Below are positions 53,706 through 64,000 of a DNA stretch of 64,000 nt, piece by piece. The stretch's first letter is position 1, and each line of letters opens with the position of its first letter. The DNA lies in the NCBI GenBank assembly GCA_963732385.1, contig CAVSZB010000003.1, forward strand, positions 1 to 64,000, written 5' to 3'. The DNA comes from an uncultured bacterium (lineage in GTDB: Bacteria > Krumholzibacteriota > Krumholzibacteriia > LZORAL124-64-63). The position numbers were made by a program, and so were the translations under genes. The notes below the pieces were generated by a model. The model made no database searches. It saw nothing but the letters and a program-made list of their open reading frames with translations, and had not been told where the DNA came from.

Positions 53706-53821
53706 CATTCATATTATCATGGTTTTGAGAGATCCGCGGGGTGGCACATGCCTTGCTGCCTCTGAGCGGCTCACTCTCCCCGGGTTCCAGGGCAAGGGCC
53801 GGAAACGAGGTATTCAGCGCC

Positions 53822-54238
53822 ATGCTGAAGGACAAGCGCGGCTTCAACCTCGTCGAGATCATGGTTGTGATCTCGGTGTTCGGCCTGGTGGCGGCCGTGT
53901 CGCTGCCCGCTTTCGGTAATTACGTGCGATCCAACCGTCTTTCAACTTCAGTGAACCGTTTCGCCGCCGATCTGCAACTGGCCCGCTCGACCGCCATCGC
54001 CAGCGGTCGCGCCGTGCAGGTGGCGGTGCGGGCAGACGGCTACACGATGACCGATCTGGGTACCGGCAGCGTGGTGTGGAGCCGCACCTTCGAGCCCGGA
54101 GTGGCGCTTTCGGCCGGCGGCGATGTCCGCTTCTTCCCGTGGGGCCAGTCAGACGCGGAGGATTTCAGCGTCGACGGCTGCAATGGCGCGACGCGCACGA
54201 TCAACCTTTTGCCGACCGGAACGGTGGAGGTCCACTGA
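53822..54238 (+). CDS. Type IV minor pilin, FimT/GspH-like
   Basis: Class III signal RGFNLVEIMVV; LQLARSTAI. Confidence 0.88.
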   Translation: MLKDKRGFNLVEIMVVISVFGLVAAVSLPAFGNYVRSNRLSTSVNRFAADLQLARSTAIASGRAVQVAVRADGYTMTDLGTGSVVWSRTFEPGVALSAGGDVRFFPWGQSDAEDFSVDGCNGATRTINLLPTGTVEVH

Positions 54239-54239
54239 G

Positions 54240-54674
54240 ATGACCCGGTTTCGAGCTCGTTCGGTGCGAGAGGCATCCCGTCCGCGGAGGCGGCGATGCG
54301 GGCGACCGCTTTCGCAGTGCGGCACGCCGCCCGATCGCGGGGGCTTTACGCTCATCGAAATCCTGATCGTCATGGCGATCCTGAGCATCGGGATCGTCCC
54401 GCTGGCGGTTGTGCAGTCGAGTGCGCGCCGCGAGGTGAACCACGCGGACCGCTACACCCAGGCGATCGCCCTGGCCCAGAGCCGGATCGAGCAGGCCAAG
54501 GGGGCCGGCTTCGGCAGCGCCGTGCCCGACTCGGGCAACGTGGGCCAGCTGCGCTGGGTGGCCGACGTCCAGAACGTCTCCTTCGGCATGAACCAGGTCG
54601 GTGTGACCGTGACGTGGAACGACGGTCGCGTGAACCAGACGCTCCGCATGGTGTCGCTCGTATCAATGCGCTGA
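54240..54674 (+). CDS. Type IV minor pilin, PilV-like
   Basis: GGFTLIEILIVMAIL; A..LAQSRIE; V.VTVTW. Confidence 0.85.
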   Translation: MTRFRARSVREASRPRRRRCGRPLSQCGTPPDRGGFTLIEILIVMAILSIGIVPLAVVQSSARREVNHADRYTQAIALAQSRIEQAKGAGFGSAVPDSGNVGQLRWVADVQNVSFGMNQVGVTVTWNDGRVNQTLRMVSLVSMR

Positions 54675-54685
54675 AAGGGGGGGCC

Positions 54686-55276
54686 GTGAAGACATTTCGA
54701 GGTATTGCGCCGCTGACTGACCGCCGCGGCCTGACCCTGGTGGAAATGATGGTGGCGATCGCCATGTTCGGCGTCGCGATGGGGGTCATCTTCGGCTTCA
54801 TGACCAGATCGCGCCGCAGCTACACCGATATGAGCGCCCGCGTCGAGTACCAGCAGAACGTGCGGGGGGTTCTTGGCCTGGTGTCGCGCGAGGTTCGATC
54901 GGCAGGCTGCGATCCAACCAGCGCCGGCTTCAACACCTTCCCGCTGGCCGACGCGACGAGTTTCCAATGCCGCATGGATCTTGACGGCGACGGCACCATC
55001 GAGGCGGTGGAGCCGGCCGAGGACGTCAGCTACACCTACGTCGCCAACACCCGAGAACTGCTGCGGGATTCCGGCTCCGGAGCGCAGGTGATCCTGCGCA
55101 ACGTGACGGCGGTGGACTTCCGCTACTTCGACGCCGCGGGCGCAGAACTGATGGCGCGCCCGCTCATCGCCACGGACCGGGCCCAAATCCGCTTCATGGA
55201 AATCAACATCGCCGGTGAATCCAAGCAGGGGGAACCACTGAATTATGTAACGCGCGTCTTCGTCCGCAACGGTTGA
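54686..55276 (+). CDS. Type IV minor pilin, PilW-like
   Basis: RGLTLVEMMVA; QQNVR......REVRSAG. Confidence 0.87.
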   Translation: MKTFRGIAPLTDRRGLTLVEMMVAIAMFGVAMGVIFGFMTRSRRSYTDMSARVEYQQNVRGVLGLVSREVRSAGCDPTSAGFNTFPLADATSFQCRMDLDGDGTIEAVEPAEDVSYTYVANTRELLRDSGSGAQVILRNVTAVDFRYFDAAGAELMARPLIATDRAQIRFMEINIAGESKQGEPLNYVTRVFVRNG

Positions 55277-55320
55277 AGCGGCCGGCGGTGTCGCCGGACG
55301 CAGGGAAGGCAGGACCTCGC

Positions 55321-55776
55321 ATGACTTCTCATACCTCGCCGCAACCGGGGCGGGAGGGCTTTGCGCTCGTGGCGACCCTCCTGATCCTCCTGGTGCTGAC
55401 CGTCATTGCGGTGGGCGCCAGCTGGCTGGCCTCCTCCGAACACAAGGCGACGACGGCCGAATCCGTCCACGTGCGCGCCCTCTTCTCGGCGGACGCCGGG
55501 GGTGAGGCGGCCATCAACTTCATCCGCCTGGCCGACGACCCGCCGCCGATCACCGATTTCGCCGATATGACGGTGCGGACCCAGGGCATCACCAGCATCG
55601 ACGCAAGTCAGAACTACCGGTACGGCTGCCGCTTTCTGCGCAAACGGCCCAAGGCGGGCTGGGGTACGGACTACCTGGACTACGAGTACGCGGTGGATGC
55701 CGCCGGTACGACCGGCAGGCAGGGCAACAGCGCCGTGCAGGTCGTTGCCAGCAGGCTGTATCGGGAGGGCTACTAG
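55321..55776 (+). CDS. Type IV minor pilin, PilX-like
   Basis: EGFALVATLLILLVLT (no Glu5, typical of PilX); ALFSADAG. Confidence 0.85.
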   Translation: MTSHTSPQPGREGFALVATLLILLVLTVIAVGASWLASSEHKATTAESVHVRALFSADAGGEAAINFIRLADDPPPITDFADMTVRTQGITSIDASQNYRYGCRFLRKRPKAGWGTDYLDYEYAVDAAGTTGRQGNSAVQVVASRLYREGY

Positions 55777-55845
55777 CGGCCGCGGCGCGGCCGCGTCCGG
55801 ATTGCCCATAGACGATCACGGGGCAAGCTAACGAGGGGTGTCATC

Positions 55846-58641
55846 ATGCATGCGAGCACAGGAGGGAAGCGGCGGGCACCCGGCCCGTGGCTGTTTCTGG
55901 TGGCCGGCGTTGCGGCGGGGCTATGTCTGCCGACCCTGGCGGCGGCGCAGGGGTGCGAAGTGCCGCTGTTCGTCAAACAGGGCTCGGTCGACGCCAATGT
56001 CATGATCCTGTTCGACAACTCTGGATCGATGAACGAGGCGATGTTCCACGCAGGCTACGACCCGAACGTGGAGTACGGGGGCCTGGGGGGGAGCACGACG
56101 CTCCGCTTCGTGCCCGACACCATATACTATGTGGCGACTGACGGTCTCCGCTCGGCGCGCAGCTTCATCGGAACGCTACCGTCCACGCCGACGGCCTACC
56201 TCGTCAATTCCGACGGCGGCCAGAACGGCCGCTACTACGGCAATTACCTGAACTGGATCTACTTCAATGCCTCGAACGGAGAGCGCAATGCGATCCCGCG
56301 GGTCACGCGCGTGCAGGTGGCGAAGATGGTCACGACCGACATCATCAAGCGCTCGCGCAACGTGCGTTTCGGTCTGACCCGCTTCAACAACGACGATGGC
56401 GGCACCGTCGTGGCCAACTGCGGGACCGACACCGTGACCCTGCGCAAGACCGTCAACCTCGTGTCGGCGACCACCTGGACGCCCACGGGCGAGACAATGG
56501 AAGACATCCTCGACTACTTCAAGGGCACGGGCGCCAACCGGCCGATCCAGCAGCCGTGCCAGTACAACTTCCTGATCGTCATGACCGACGGATTCCCCAC
56601 CTACGACCTTGGCGTCAGTGCCTACCTGCGCGATGCCGACCATGACGGGCGCGACCCGGGCACCTGCGCTTCCCTCGGCGCGCCATATCCCGAGACGAAC
56701 TACTGCAGCGACTACATGGACGACGTAGCCTACTACTTGCGCCACAACGACCTGCGCACCGACGAGGGGATGCCGGGCGACCAGACCGTCATCACCTACA
56801 CGATCGGCTTTGGCCTCGACGGCGGGATCCTGCGCGAGACGGCCGTCAACGGCGACGGCATGTACCTGCTCGCCAGCAATGCCGCCGAGCTGTGGCTGAG
56901 CCTGTCGCGGATCATGCAGGACATCGTGACGAAAATCTCGTCCGGCGCGGCCGTGGCCGTCGTGTCGACCGAGCGTGGCGACAACGATCGGCTATACCGC
57001 GGCAAGTTCATGCCGGGGCTGTGGCGCGGCTTCCTGGAGGCCTTCGACCTGCCGTACGAGACGGGCGAGAGCGCGGCCTGGGAAGCCGGCGCGATTCTGG
57101 CCGACCGCGATCCGGACACGCGCGAAATCTTCACCTTCTACGACGGCGAACGCCTCGACTGGGACGCCTCCAACGGCCCCCTGCTGGCGCGCGCCATGGG
57201 CTTCGATGACGCCGATTCCGCCTCCTATATGATGCAGTGGACCCGGGGCCAGCCCAGCGACGGTCGCCGCGAACGTGACGGCTGGGTCCTGGGCGACATC
57301 ATCCACTCCACCCCCGTAGTGGTCGGCGCGCCGAGCTATTTTAACACGGACCCGGACTACCAGACCTTCATGCAGACGAACCATGACCGTCCGCGCACCA
57401 TCTACGTGGGGGCCAACGACGGCATGCTCCACGCCTTCAGCGCCGAGAACGGCGAGGAGTTGTGGGCCTTCGTGCCGCAATTCGTCCTGCCGAAGCTCAA
57501 GACGATCGCCGACTCGGCCTACTGTCACACCTATACGGTCGACCTGACCCCCTCCATCCGCGATGTGAAGATCGGCCATACTTGGAAGACCGTGCTCGTG
57601 GGAGGCGGACGGGAGGGCGGTAGCGCCTACTTCGCCCTCGACGTGACCGATCCGGCGGCGCCGGTCGTGATGTGGGAAACCGATCTGGCCGGCTATGGAG
57701 ATTCCTGGTCCGAGGCCGAGTTCGCGCGCGTGGCCGACCGCTCGGTTGTACTGGTCGGTTCCGGTCTCGACGCAACCACCCGGCGCGCCTGGCTGAATGT
57801 CCTCGATCTCGAGACCGGCCAGCAGCTCGGCAACATCCTGCTGAGCACCGGCAACAGCGGCCGCAACATGGCCACCACTCCGCGCGCCGTCGATATGGAT
57901 TTCGACGGCAATACCGATGTCGTCTACATCGGAGATCTGCTCGGCAACATGTGGCGCTTCGGCCTCGACAACGACAGCGACCCCGGCAGTTGGGAATTGA
58001 CCCGCCTGTTTGCGGCCGGCCAGCCGATCACGGCGCAGCCGGCCACCGCCTTCGCCGACGAGACCCGCCTGTTCGTCTACTTCGGCACCGGCGCGTACCT
58101 GACCGAAGATGATGTTACGACCACCAGCCAGAACAGCTTCTACTGCGTCCGCGACGACAACTCCGGCGGCAGCTACACGCGCACGGATCTGGACGACCAG
58201 ACCAGCGATCCGGACAACACCATTGGCGATGCAAGCGGCTGGTTCGTCGACCTGTGGGGCGGCCTTGGCGAGCGCGTGACCGAGCGCGCCGTGGTCGCGG
58301 CGAACAACGTCTACTTCACCGCTTTCTCGCCCAGCGGCGAGGCGTGCCAGGCGGGCGGTACGTCGTGGTTCTACCACATGAGCTACAACAGTGGCGGCGC
58401 GCCCATGGTCGACGACGATTTCGAGGGCACGGCCACCGCGGAGCGGTCCGAGGATCTGGGCGAGGGGGTGGCCTCCCGCCCGGTGCTCGACATCGTGAAC
58501 GAGAGCATCATCGTCCAGTCGAGCAACGCCACGATCGCGGTCCAGGACATCGGCCAGGCGATCTTCCACCTGTCCGTACGTTCCTGGCAGGAGAACTTCG
58601 ACGGCGCAACGCAGGCGACCCCCGAAACGCCGTTGCCGTAG
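55846..58641 (+). CDS. pilY1: PilY1/PilC adhesin (vWA-like plus beta-propeller)
   Basis: Signal peptide, DNSGSM MIDAS, LGDIIHSTP, GANDGMLHAF, DMDFDGNTD Ca loop, YFGTG. Confidence 0.92.
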   Translation: MHASTGGKRRAPGPWLFLVAGVAAGLCLPTLAAAQGCEVPLFVKQGSVDANVMILFDNSGSMNEAMFHAGYDPNVEYGGLGGSTTLRFVPDTIYYVATDGLRSARSFIGTLPSTPTAYLVNSDGGQNGRYYGNYLNWIYFNASNGERNAIPRVTRVQVAKMVTTDIIKRSRNVRFGLTRFNNDDGGTVVANCGTDTVTLRKTVNLVSATTWTPTGETMEDILDYFKGTGANRPIQQPCQYNFLIVMTDGFPTYDLGVSAYLRDADHDGRDPGTCASLGAPYPETNYCSDYMDDVAYYLRHNDLRTDEGMPGDQTVITYTIGFGLDGGILRETAVNGDGMYLLASNAAELWLSLSRIMQDIVTKISSGAAVAVVSTERGDNDRLYRGKFMPGLWRGFLEAFDLPYETGESAAWEAGAILADRDPDTREIFTFYDGERLDWDASNGPLLARAMGFDDADSASYMMQWTRGQPSDGRRERDGWVLGDIIHSTPVVVGAPSYFNTDPDYQTFMQTNHDRPRTIYVGANDGMLHAFSAENGEELWAFVPQFVLPKLKTIADSAYCHTYTVDLTPSIRDVKIGHTWKTVLVGGGREGGSAYFALDVTDPAAPVVMWETDLAGYGDSWSEAEFARVADRSVVLVGSGLDATTRRAWLNVLDLETGQQLGNILLSTGNSGRNMATTPRAVDMDFDGNTDVVYIGDLLGNMWRFGLDNDSDPGSWELTRLFAAGQPITAQPATAFADETRLFVYFGTGAYLTEDDVTTTSQNSFYCVRDDNSGGSYTRTDLDDQTSDPDNTIGDASGWFVDLWGGLGERVTERAVVAANNVYFTAFSPSGEACQAGGTSWFYHMSYNSGGAPMVDDDFEGTATAERSEDLGEGVASRPVLDIVNESIIVQSSNATIAVQDIGQAIFHLSVRSWQENFDGATQATPETPLP

Positions 58642-58698
58642 CGACGACCGGGAGGCGGGGCGCCTCGCGTCCCGCCCCGGCCGCCGCAGGGAGGAACC

Positions 58699-59175
58699 AT
58701 GCTGAACTTCAGATCGACACTCCGCTTCGGACCGGCCGCCCTGCTGCTACTGGCGCTGTTGGCCATGGCGGCGATCTCCGTGACCGGCTTTACGAAGGAC
58801 CTGCGCCGCGCGAAGCCAGACCGCCGCAGCGTGGCCGCCCGTGGTCACCTCAGCACGGCGCCGATGACGATGATCGAGGGGGTCCTGTCGCGCGGGTACG
58901 ACGGCGCCTGGAGCCTCAACGGCCGAACGGTCCGCCTCGAGCGCAACTGCTCGTTTCTCAACCAGACCCGCGCCGACGGCAGCGGCGGCCCTGAGTCCGG
59001 CGACCGCGTGGTTCTGATGGGGTACCCCCGCGCCGGCCACTTCCTGGCCTACAGCGGCCTGATCCTTCAGGATCCCGGCGAAGAAACGCCCCCCAACGAT
59101 GCCTCCAAGGACCTCGTGCGCTGGAGCGAAACCGACCCGACGGTCGGCGAAGCGGATCCGAACATTCCCAAGTAG
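58699..59175 (+). CDS. Exported hypothetical protein
   Basis: GGAGG RBS, N-terminal hydrophobic segment, small beta-rich domain. Confidence 0.65.
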   Translation: MLNFRSTLRFGPAALLLLALLAMAAISVTGFTKDLRRAKPDRRSVAARGHLSTAPMTMIEGVLSRGYDGAWSLNGRTVRLERNCSFLNQTRADGSGGPESGDRVVLMGYPRAGHFLAYSGLILQDPGEETPPNDASKDLVRWSETDPTVGEADPNIPK

Positions 59176-59310
59176 GGGGTGGCTCCGGCCCGCCCGGCAA
59201 AGAGACGCGTGAACGCCGTGCCCAGTGGGGGCGCGGCGTCCGCGCGTCGGTGCCCTCCCCTACGTCGAGATCCCATCGCCTCCAGTGGTCATCCGGGTTA
59301 AGCTGCCCTC

Positions 59311-59955
59311 ATGGCTCGTGAGCGTGAACTCAAGTATGACCTCGGAAACGAGGCGGCGACCCGGCGCGTGGAAGCGCTGCTGGGACCGGCTCCGGGCGGG
59401 CGGCTGCAGCAGAACCGGTTCTTCGACACCCCGGACGGACGGTTGCGGGCGCAGCTCTGGGCGTTGAGGTTGCGGGCCGAGTGGGAGGTGGGCGGGGAGG
59501 TCGATCTGCCGGACGACGGGGCTGCGCCAGGTCGGGCGCCCGACCGCGTGATCCTCGGCCTTAAGGGGGCTCGCGCGGGGAGCGGGGCGTTTTACGATCG
59601 GCAGGAGGAGGAGCGGGAAGAGGGGGCGGATTTCTGGACGCGCAGGGCATTGGCTGGCGACGACCTTCCGGCGTCGTGGCGGGCGCTGTTGCCGCCGCTG
59701 GGGGAGTCCCTCGCCGAGGGGGCCCGCTTCGCCAATCTGCGCCGCGCCTACCCTCTGACCGGGGCCTGGCGGGCCGAGGTCGACCGTACCCTGTTCGGCG
59801 ACGGGCGTCGGGCCTGGGAGGTGGAGGTCGAGATCGGGATCGACGACGACCCCGAGGCGGTGCGTACGGTGCTCGAGGCGCTGCTGGCGCGGGCCGGAGT
59901 GCCGACCGTACCTCAAGGGAAATCGAAACTTGAGCGGGCCCTGGCGGTGGATTGA
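59311..59955 (+). CDS. CYTH-domain protein
   Basis: ERELKY, QQNRFFDTPD, LRLR, EVEVE, SKLERAL. Confidence 0.88.
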   Translation: MARERELKYDLGNEAATRRVEALLGPAPGGRLQQNRFFDTPDGRLRAQLWALRLRAEWEVGGEVDLPDDGAAPGRAPDRVILGLKGARAGSGAFYDRQEEEREEGADFWTRRALAGDDLPASWRALLPPLGESLAEGARFANLRRAYPLTGAWRAEVDRTLFGDGRRAWEVEVEIGIDDDPEAVRTVLEALLARAGVPTVPQGKSKLERALAVD

Positions 59956-60114
59956 GGGCCGATCGGGCGGCACTTCCCGACCGCTGACACCGCTTGCTTT
60001 TTCCCCTCCGCTTCGCCACGATTATGGTCGATTCGCGTGCGGCGGACGGCCGCCCCTGTCCGCCTGCAGCGCGCGGTCGGTCCCATGTCCGTCCATCCGG
60101 CCCGGGAGGCTTCC

Positions 60115-61188
60115 ATGAACATCGCGATCACGCGGCACGCCAGCCCGCCGTCTCCGGCGACGGAAAATTTCGGCTTCGGGAAGATCTTCACGCCCCACAT
60201 GTTCAAAATGGAGTATGCGGACGGGCAGTGGAAGAACCCGCGGATCGAGCCGTACGGACCGCTGGTTCTCGATCCGGCAGCCAAGGTGCTGCACTATGGG
60301 CAGGAGATCTTCGAGGGGATGAAGGCGTACCGCAACCCGCGGGACGGGTCGGTGCACATGTTCCGGCCGGACCGGAACATCCGTCGCTTCACAATCTCCT
60401 GCGGGCGCATGTGCATGCCGGAGGTCGACCAGAAGCTGTTCATGGAGGCGCTCGAGCAGTTGATCGACCTGGACCGCGCCTGGGTTCCCGAGTCGCCCGA
60501 CGCGCTCTACATCCGGCCCACGATGATCGCCACCCAGTTCGGGCTCGGCGTCAAAGCGTCGACTGATTATCTCTTCTATATCATCATCGGACCGGTCGGC
60601 TCGTACTTCAAGGGGGGCATCAACCCGCTGCGCCTCAAGGCCGAGGAGAAGTACGTGCGCTCCGCCCCCGGCGGCACCGGCTATGCCAAGACCGGCGGCA
60701 ACTATGCCGCGGCGCTGTTGCCGATCAAGCTGGCCGAGACCGAGGGGTTCGACAACATCATCTGGCTCGACGCGCGCGAGCGCAAAACCGTCGAGGAGAT
60801 GGGGGCGATGAACATCGCCTTCGTCTATCCCGACCGGGTCGTCACGGCGGCCACGGGCGACACGATCCTCGACGGTGTGACCCGGGACTCAGTGAACACG
60901 CTTTGCCGCGATTTCGGACTCAACTGGGTGGAGGAGCCGCCAGCGATCGCACGCGTCTGCGCCGACGCCGATGCCGGCCGCCTCAAGGAGGTCTTCGCCT
61001 GCGGCACCGCCGCCGTGGTGACCCCCGTCGGGGTCATCCACTTCGGGCGCGAGGATCATCGCATTGGCGACGGCAAGGAGGGGCCGATCACGCGGCGCCT
61101 GCGCGAGGCCCTGTGCGAAATCCATTCCGGCACCAGCGCCCTCCATCCGGAGTGGATCTTCAGGGTGCCGGCGAGCAGGAAGGGCTGA
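60115..61188 (+). CDS. ilvE: Branched-chain amino acid aminotransferase
   Basis: LHYGQEIFEGMKAY, LYIRP, AKTGGNYAA, ILDGVTR, GTAAVVTP. Confidence 0.96.
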   Translation: MNIAITRHASPPSPATENFGFGKIFTPHMFKMEYADGQWKNPRIEPYGPLVLDPAAKVLHYGQEIFEGMKAYRNPRDGSVHMFRPDRNIRRFTISCGRMCMPEVDQKLFMEALEQLIDLDRAWVPESPDALYIRPTMIATQFGLGVKASTDYLFYIIIGPVGSYFKGGINPLRLKAEEKYVRSAPGGTGYAKTGGNYAAALLPIKLAETEGFDNIIWLDARERKTVEEMGAMNIAFVYPDRVVTAATGDTILDGVTRDSVNTLCRDFGLNWVEEPPAIARVCADADAGRLKEVFACGTAAVVTPVGVIHFGREDHRIGDGKEGPITRRLREALCEIHSGTSALHPEWIFRVPASRKG

Positions 61189-61191
61189 CCG

Positions 61192-62124
61192 ATGTCCGGT
61201 CTCCGTCTCGCGCGGCCGCTGGTCGTGTTCGACCTCGAGACCACCGGCGTGGAGATCGGACGGGACCGGATCGTCGAGATCGGGGTGGTGCGCCTCGATC
61301 CCGAAGGCAGCCGCGACGAGTGGGTGCAGCGGGTCAACCCGGAGATGCCGATTCCGCCCGGCGCCACCGCGGTGCATGGCATCACGGACGACGACGTGCG
61401 TGACATGCCGCGGCTGGCCGACATCGCCGCGCACGTGCTCTCCCTCTTCGCCGGCGCCGACGTGGCCGGCTTCAACTCCGCCTCCTTCGACCTGCCGTTT
61501 TTGGCCGCAGATCTGGAGCGGGTCGGGTGTCCGCTCGACCGGTCGTCGCTGCGCCATGTCGACGCGATGCGGATCTTCCACCTCAAGGAGCCGCGCGACC
61601 TGAGCGCAGCGCTGCGCTTCTACTGCGGACGCGAGCACGCCGGCGCTCACTCCGCCCTGGCCGACGCCCTCGCCACGCTCGACATCCTCGAGGCCCAGGT
61701 GGGCCGCTACGCCGACCTGCCGGCCGATGTCGACGGCCTGCACGCTTTCTGCGGCCAGGGGCGCGGCGTCGGGGTCGATCCTGACGGCAAGCTGATCTGG
61801 AACCCCGAGGGCGAGGCGGTCTTCACTTTCGGCAAGTTCAAGGGGCGGACGCTGCGGCAGGTGGCGGCCGAAGACGCGAGTTATCTGCGCTTCCTGCAGC
61901 GCCCGGACCTCGAAAAGCCCTTCAGCGCCGAAGTGCGCCGCCTGGCGCGCGAGGCGGCCGCGGGCCGCTTTCCCGAGCGTCCGGTGTCATCGCCGGCGTC
62001 TGAGGCGTCGGCATTGCCCGGGAAATCCGCGGCGCCGACACCACCCGTGGTCTCCGCTCCGCCCGCATCGGCGCCCGGCCGCTCCCGCCCTGGCGGCGAC
62101 AGCGGCGGGCCGACGCTCTTCTAG
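61192..62124 (+). CDS. DEDDh 3'-5' exonuclease (DnaQ-like)
   Basis: FDLETTG, GFN...FD, HSALAD; C-terminal FGKFKG. Confidence 0.92.
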   Translation: MSGLRLARPLVVFDLETTGVEIGRDRIVEIGVVRLDPEGSRDEWVQRVNPEMPIPPGATAVHGITDDDVRDMPRLADIAAHVLSLFAGADVAGFNSASFDLPFLAADLERVGCPLDRSSLRHVDAMRIFHLKEPRDLSAALRFYCGREHAGAHSALADALATLDILEAQVGRYADLPADVDGLHAFCGQGRGVGVDPDGKLIWNPEGEAVFTFGKFKGRTLRQVAAEDASYLRFLQRPDLEKPFSAEVRRLAREAAAGRFPERPVSSPASEASALPGKSAAPTPPVVSAPPASAPGRSRPGGDSGGPTLF

Positions 62125-62196
62125 CCGCCGGTCAGGCCCGCGACCCGCGGGGCCGCCGGCCTTGTGCGCGGCGGACGCTTGGGCTACGCTGCCGCC

Positions 62197-62955
62197 ATGG
62201 ATCCGCACCCCGACACGCCGAACGGCGAAAGTCCTGCCTATCCGCAGACCGGCTTCTGGCCCGATTTCGAGAGCCTGCCGGTCTCGCGTGCGGAATATGT
62301 GACGGCGCTCGTCCATCTCTATCGTGGCGAACTCCAGCGGACGCTCAACTGGCGCCAGCGGCTCGACACGACCACGAACTGGGCGATCGTCGCCACCGTC
62401 GCCGTCCTCACGCTGAGCTTCCAGAATCCGGCGTTCGCCCAGGAGACGCTCATCGCCGGGATGTACGCCAATCTCGTCTTCCTGCTGCACGAGGCGCGGC
62501 GGTTTCGCTTTTTCGACGTTTACCGGGCCCGTCTGCGGATGCTGGAGGAAAATTTCTACGGACCGCTGCTGCGTCGCGATCCGCACAGCCCGATCGAGCG
62601 GTGGGGTGTCATGGTCGCCGACGATCTGCTGCGCCCGAAGTTCAAGATCACGTTCCTGCAGGCGATGCGGGCGCGCCTGCGGCGCAACTACTCCTACGTG
62701 TTCGTCTTTCTGCTGATGGCGTGGCTATTGCGGCGTCTCTCCGCGGGAGCGGAGGCGAACTCCGCGCTCGGCGCCGCGCTCAACCAGTTCGCGCTTGCCG
62801 GCGTGGAAACCTGGCTGCCGTTCGTGCTCGTAGCTGTGCTCTACGCGTTCCTGGCTGGCGTGGTCCTGTTCACGCCGGCGCCGCGCCCCCCTGAGATCGG
62901 GTATTGGCCCGATCCGAGCCACCCTGGCGAGGACGTGCCGGGCCTCGACGTCTGA
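62197..62955 (+). CDS. DUF2270-family membrane protein
   Basis: HLYRGE, WRQRLDTTTNWA, EARRFRFFD, RLRRNY. Confidence 0.88.
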   Translation: MDPHPDTPNGESPAYPQTGFWPDFESLPVSRAEYVTALVHLYRGELQRTLNWRQRLDTTTNWAIVATVAVLTLSFQNPAFAQETLIAGMYANLVFLLHEARRFRFFDVYRARLRMLEENFYGPLLRRDPHSPIERWGVMVADDLLRPKFKITFLQAMRARLRRNYSYVFVFLLMAWLLRRLSAGAEANSALGAALNQFALAGVETWLPFVLVAVLYAFLAGVVLFTPAPRPPEIGYWPDPSHPGEDVPGLDV

Positions 62956-62967
62956 CCGGTCCCCGCC

Positions 62968-63846
62968 TCACGCGGACAGCAGGCGCACCGATTTCAACTC
63001 GCCCGTCAGGGCGAGGATGTGCTCCTCAACGACCAGATCGCTGCGCCCTGACGCCGCCAGTGCCTGCCGCGCCAGCTGCGCCAGCCCGCCGCAGCACGGC
63101 ACATCCATGATGACGACGATCGCTTTCGGGATGCTCGGTTCGGCGAGGATCCCGGCCAGCTTCTCCGCGTACGGCGCCGTGTTATCGAGCTTCGGACAGG
63201 CGACGACCACCCCGCGTCCGCGCAGGTAGCGCTGGTGCACCTCCGCGGAGGCAAGCGGCCCGCAGGTGCTCATGATGACCAGTTCGCGGTCCCTGAAGAA
63301 CGGCGCGCCCGGCCGCACGAGGTGCAGCTGCACCGGCCATTGCTGCAGTTCGGACGGGATGATGACCGGGCCGCCCGGGGCGGTCGGGGCGCCGACCGGG
63401 CTGGCGGCGGGCGCGCCCACCGCCATGGCCAGGGGCCGCGGCGCCGCGGCGGGGACCGTGCGCTTCAGCTCGCGCTGGGCGGAGCCGGGACAGCCGCCGC
63501 CCGTGTGCGGCTCGGCGTGCGGCATCCTGCCGGGGGTCACCCCAGGGCCGCCCCCGGCGTGGCGCGCCTGCGCCTCCTCGTAGCGGCGGACCGCCTCCTC
63601 GCCGCCGGTGGCGCGGAGATTTTCCACCGTGGCCCGCTCGTCGTACGCCGGGGCTTCGCGCGCCACGATCTGCAACGCGCCGGTGTGGCAGGTTCCGATG
63701 CAGTCGCCGAAGCCGTCGCAGAAGTCGGCCTTCACCAGCTTCGCCTTGCCGTCGACGATCCGGATCGCCCCTTCGGCGCAGCCGATCGCGCAGTCGCCGC
63801 AACCGTCGCACAGGGTTTCGTCAATCTCGATGATCTTGCGGAGCAT
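62968..63846 (-). CDS. 4Fe-4S dicluster-domain protein
   Basis: CDGCGDC...CAEGA, CDGFGDCIGTC, GGCPGS, LQQWPVQL, CPKLD, M.VPCC. Confidence 0.9.
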   Translation of the reverse strand: MLRKIIEIDETLCDGCGDCAIGCAEGAIRIVDGKAKLVKADFCDGFGDCIGTCHTGALQIVAREAPAYDERATVENLRATGGEEAVRRYEEAQARHAGGGPGVTPGRMPHAEPHTGGGCPGSAQRELKRTVPAAAPRPLAMAVGAPAASPVGAPTAPGGPVIIPSELQQWPVQLHLVRPGAPFFRDRELVIMSTCGPLASAEVHQRYLRGRGVVVACPKLDNTAPYAEKLAGILAEPSIPKAIVVIMDVPCCGGLAQLARQALAASGRSDLVVEEHILALTGELKSVRLLSA

Positions 63847-64000
63847 CCGCCCCTCCCCTGGAATTATGGACTTTACTTTCGCCATTACACAATCGGCACA
63901 AAATCGGACTAAATCAAGCCATTTTTGGGGGGCGTCGGGAGGGGGGGCCGGAAACGCGTACTTACAGAGACTACTACAAGTGCAAAAAGTGCGCAGAAAT

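Noticed and set aside
53706..53821. c-di-GMP riboswitch upstream of the pilin operon
   Set aside because: Only a partial GGCAA...GAAA resemblance; the paired stems could not be built. A cmscan would settle it.

Overview
High-GC bacterial chromosome segment spanning the replication origin. A deep-branching FCB-type lineage such as Krumholzibacteriota/Latescibacterota is suggested by the C-terminal WGGIKxxYR proteins, but this is inference only. From left to right: (1) 1-8209 is a chromosomal integron with 11 attC sites and a clear attI. Its intI points toward the cassette array (inverted-integrase layout). The array runs off the left edge and includes a tandemly duplicated, highly structured ORF-less cassette. 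(2) 8.3-14.5 kb is an accessory patch with three toxin-antitoxin pairs (MntA/HepT, VapBC, BrnTA), two TPM proteins, a SEC-C protein and gene remnants. (3) A complete F1Fo atp operon. (4) Two convergent paralogous secreted proteins ending in (T/S)WGGIK(S/A)(V/L)YR. (5) The origin cluster: bactofilin, M23 peptidase, histidine kinase, parB, parA, parS, rsmG, mnmG, mnmE, jag, yidC, yidD, rnpA, rpmH, then dnaA, oriC, dnaN, recF, DUF721, gyrB, gyrA. (6) AraC regulator, GT2, an ABC-F/hflX/MFS operon, a type IV minor pilin/pilY1 operon, CYTH, ilvE, a DEDDh exonuclease, DUF2270 and a 4Fe-4S protein. All calls come from reading motifs by eye; no database searches were run.
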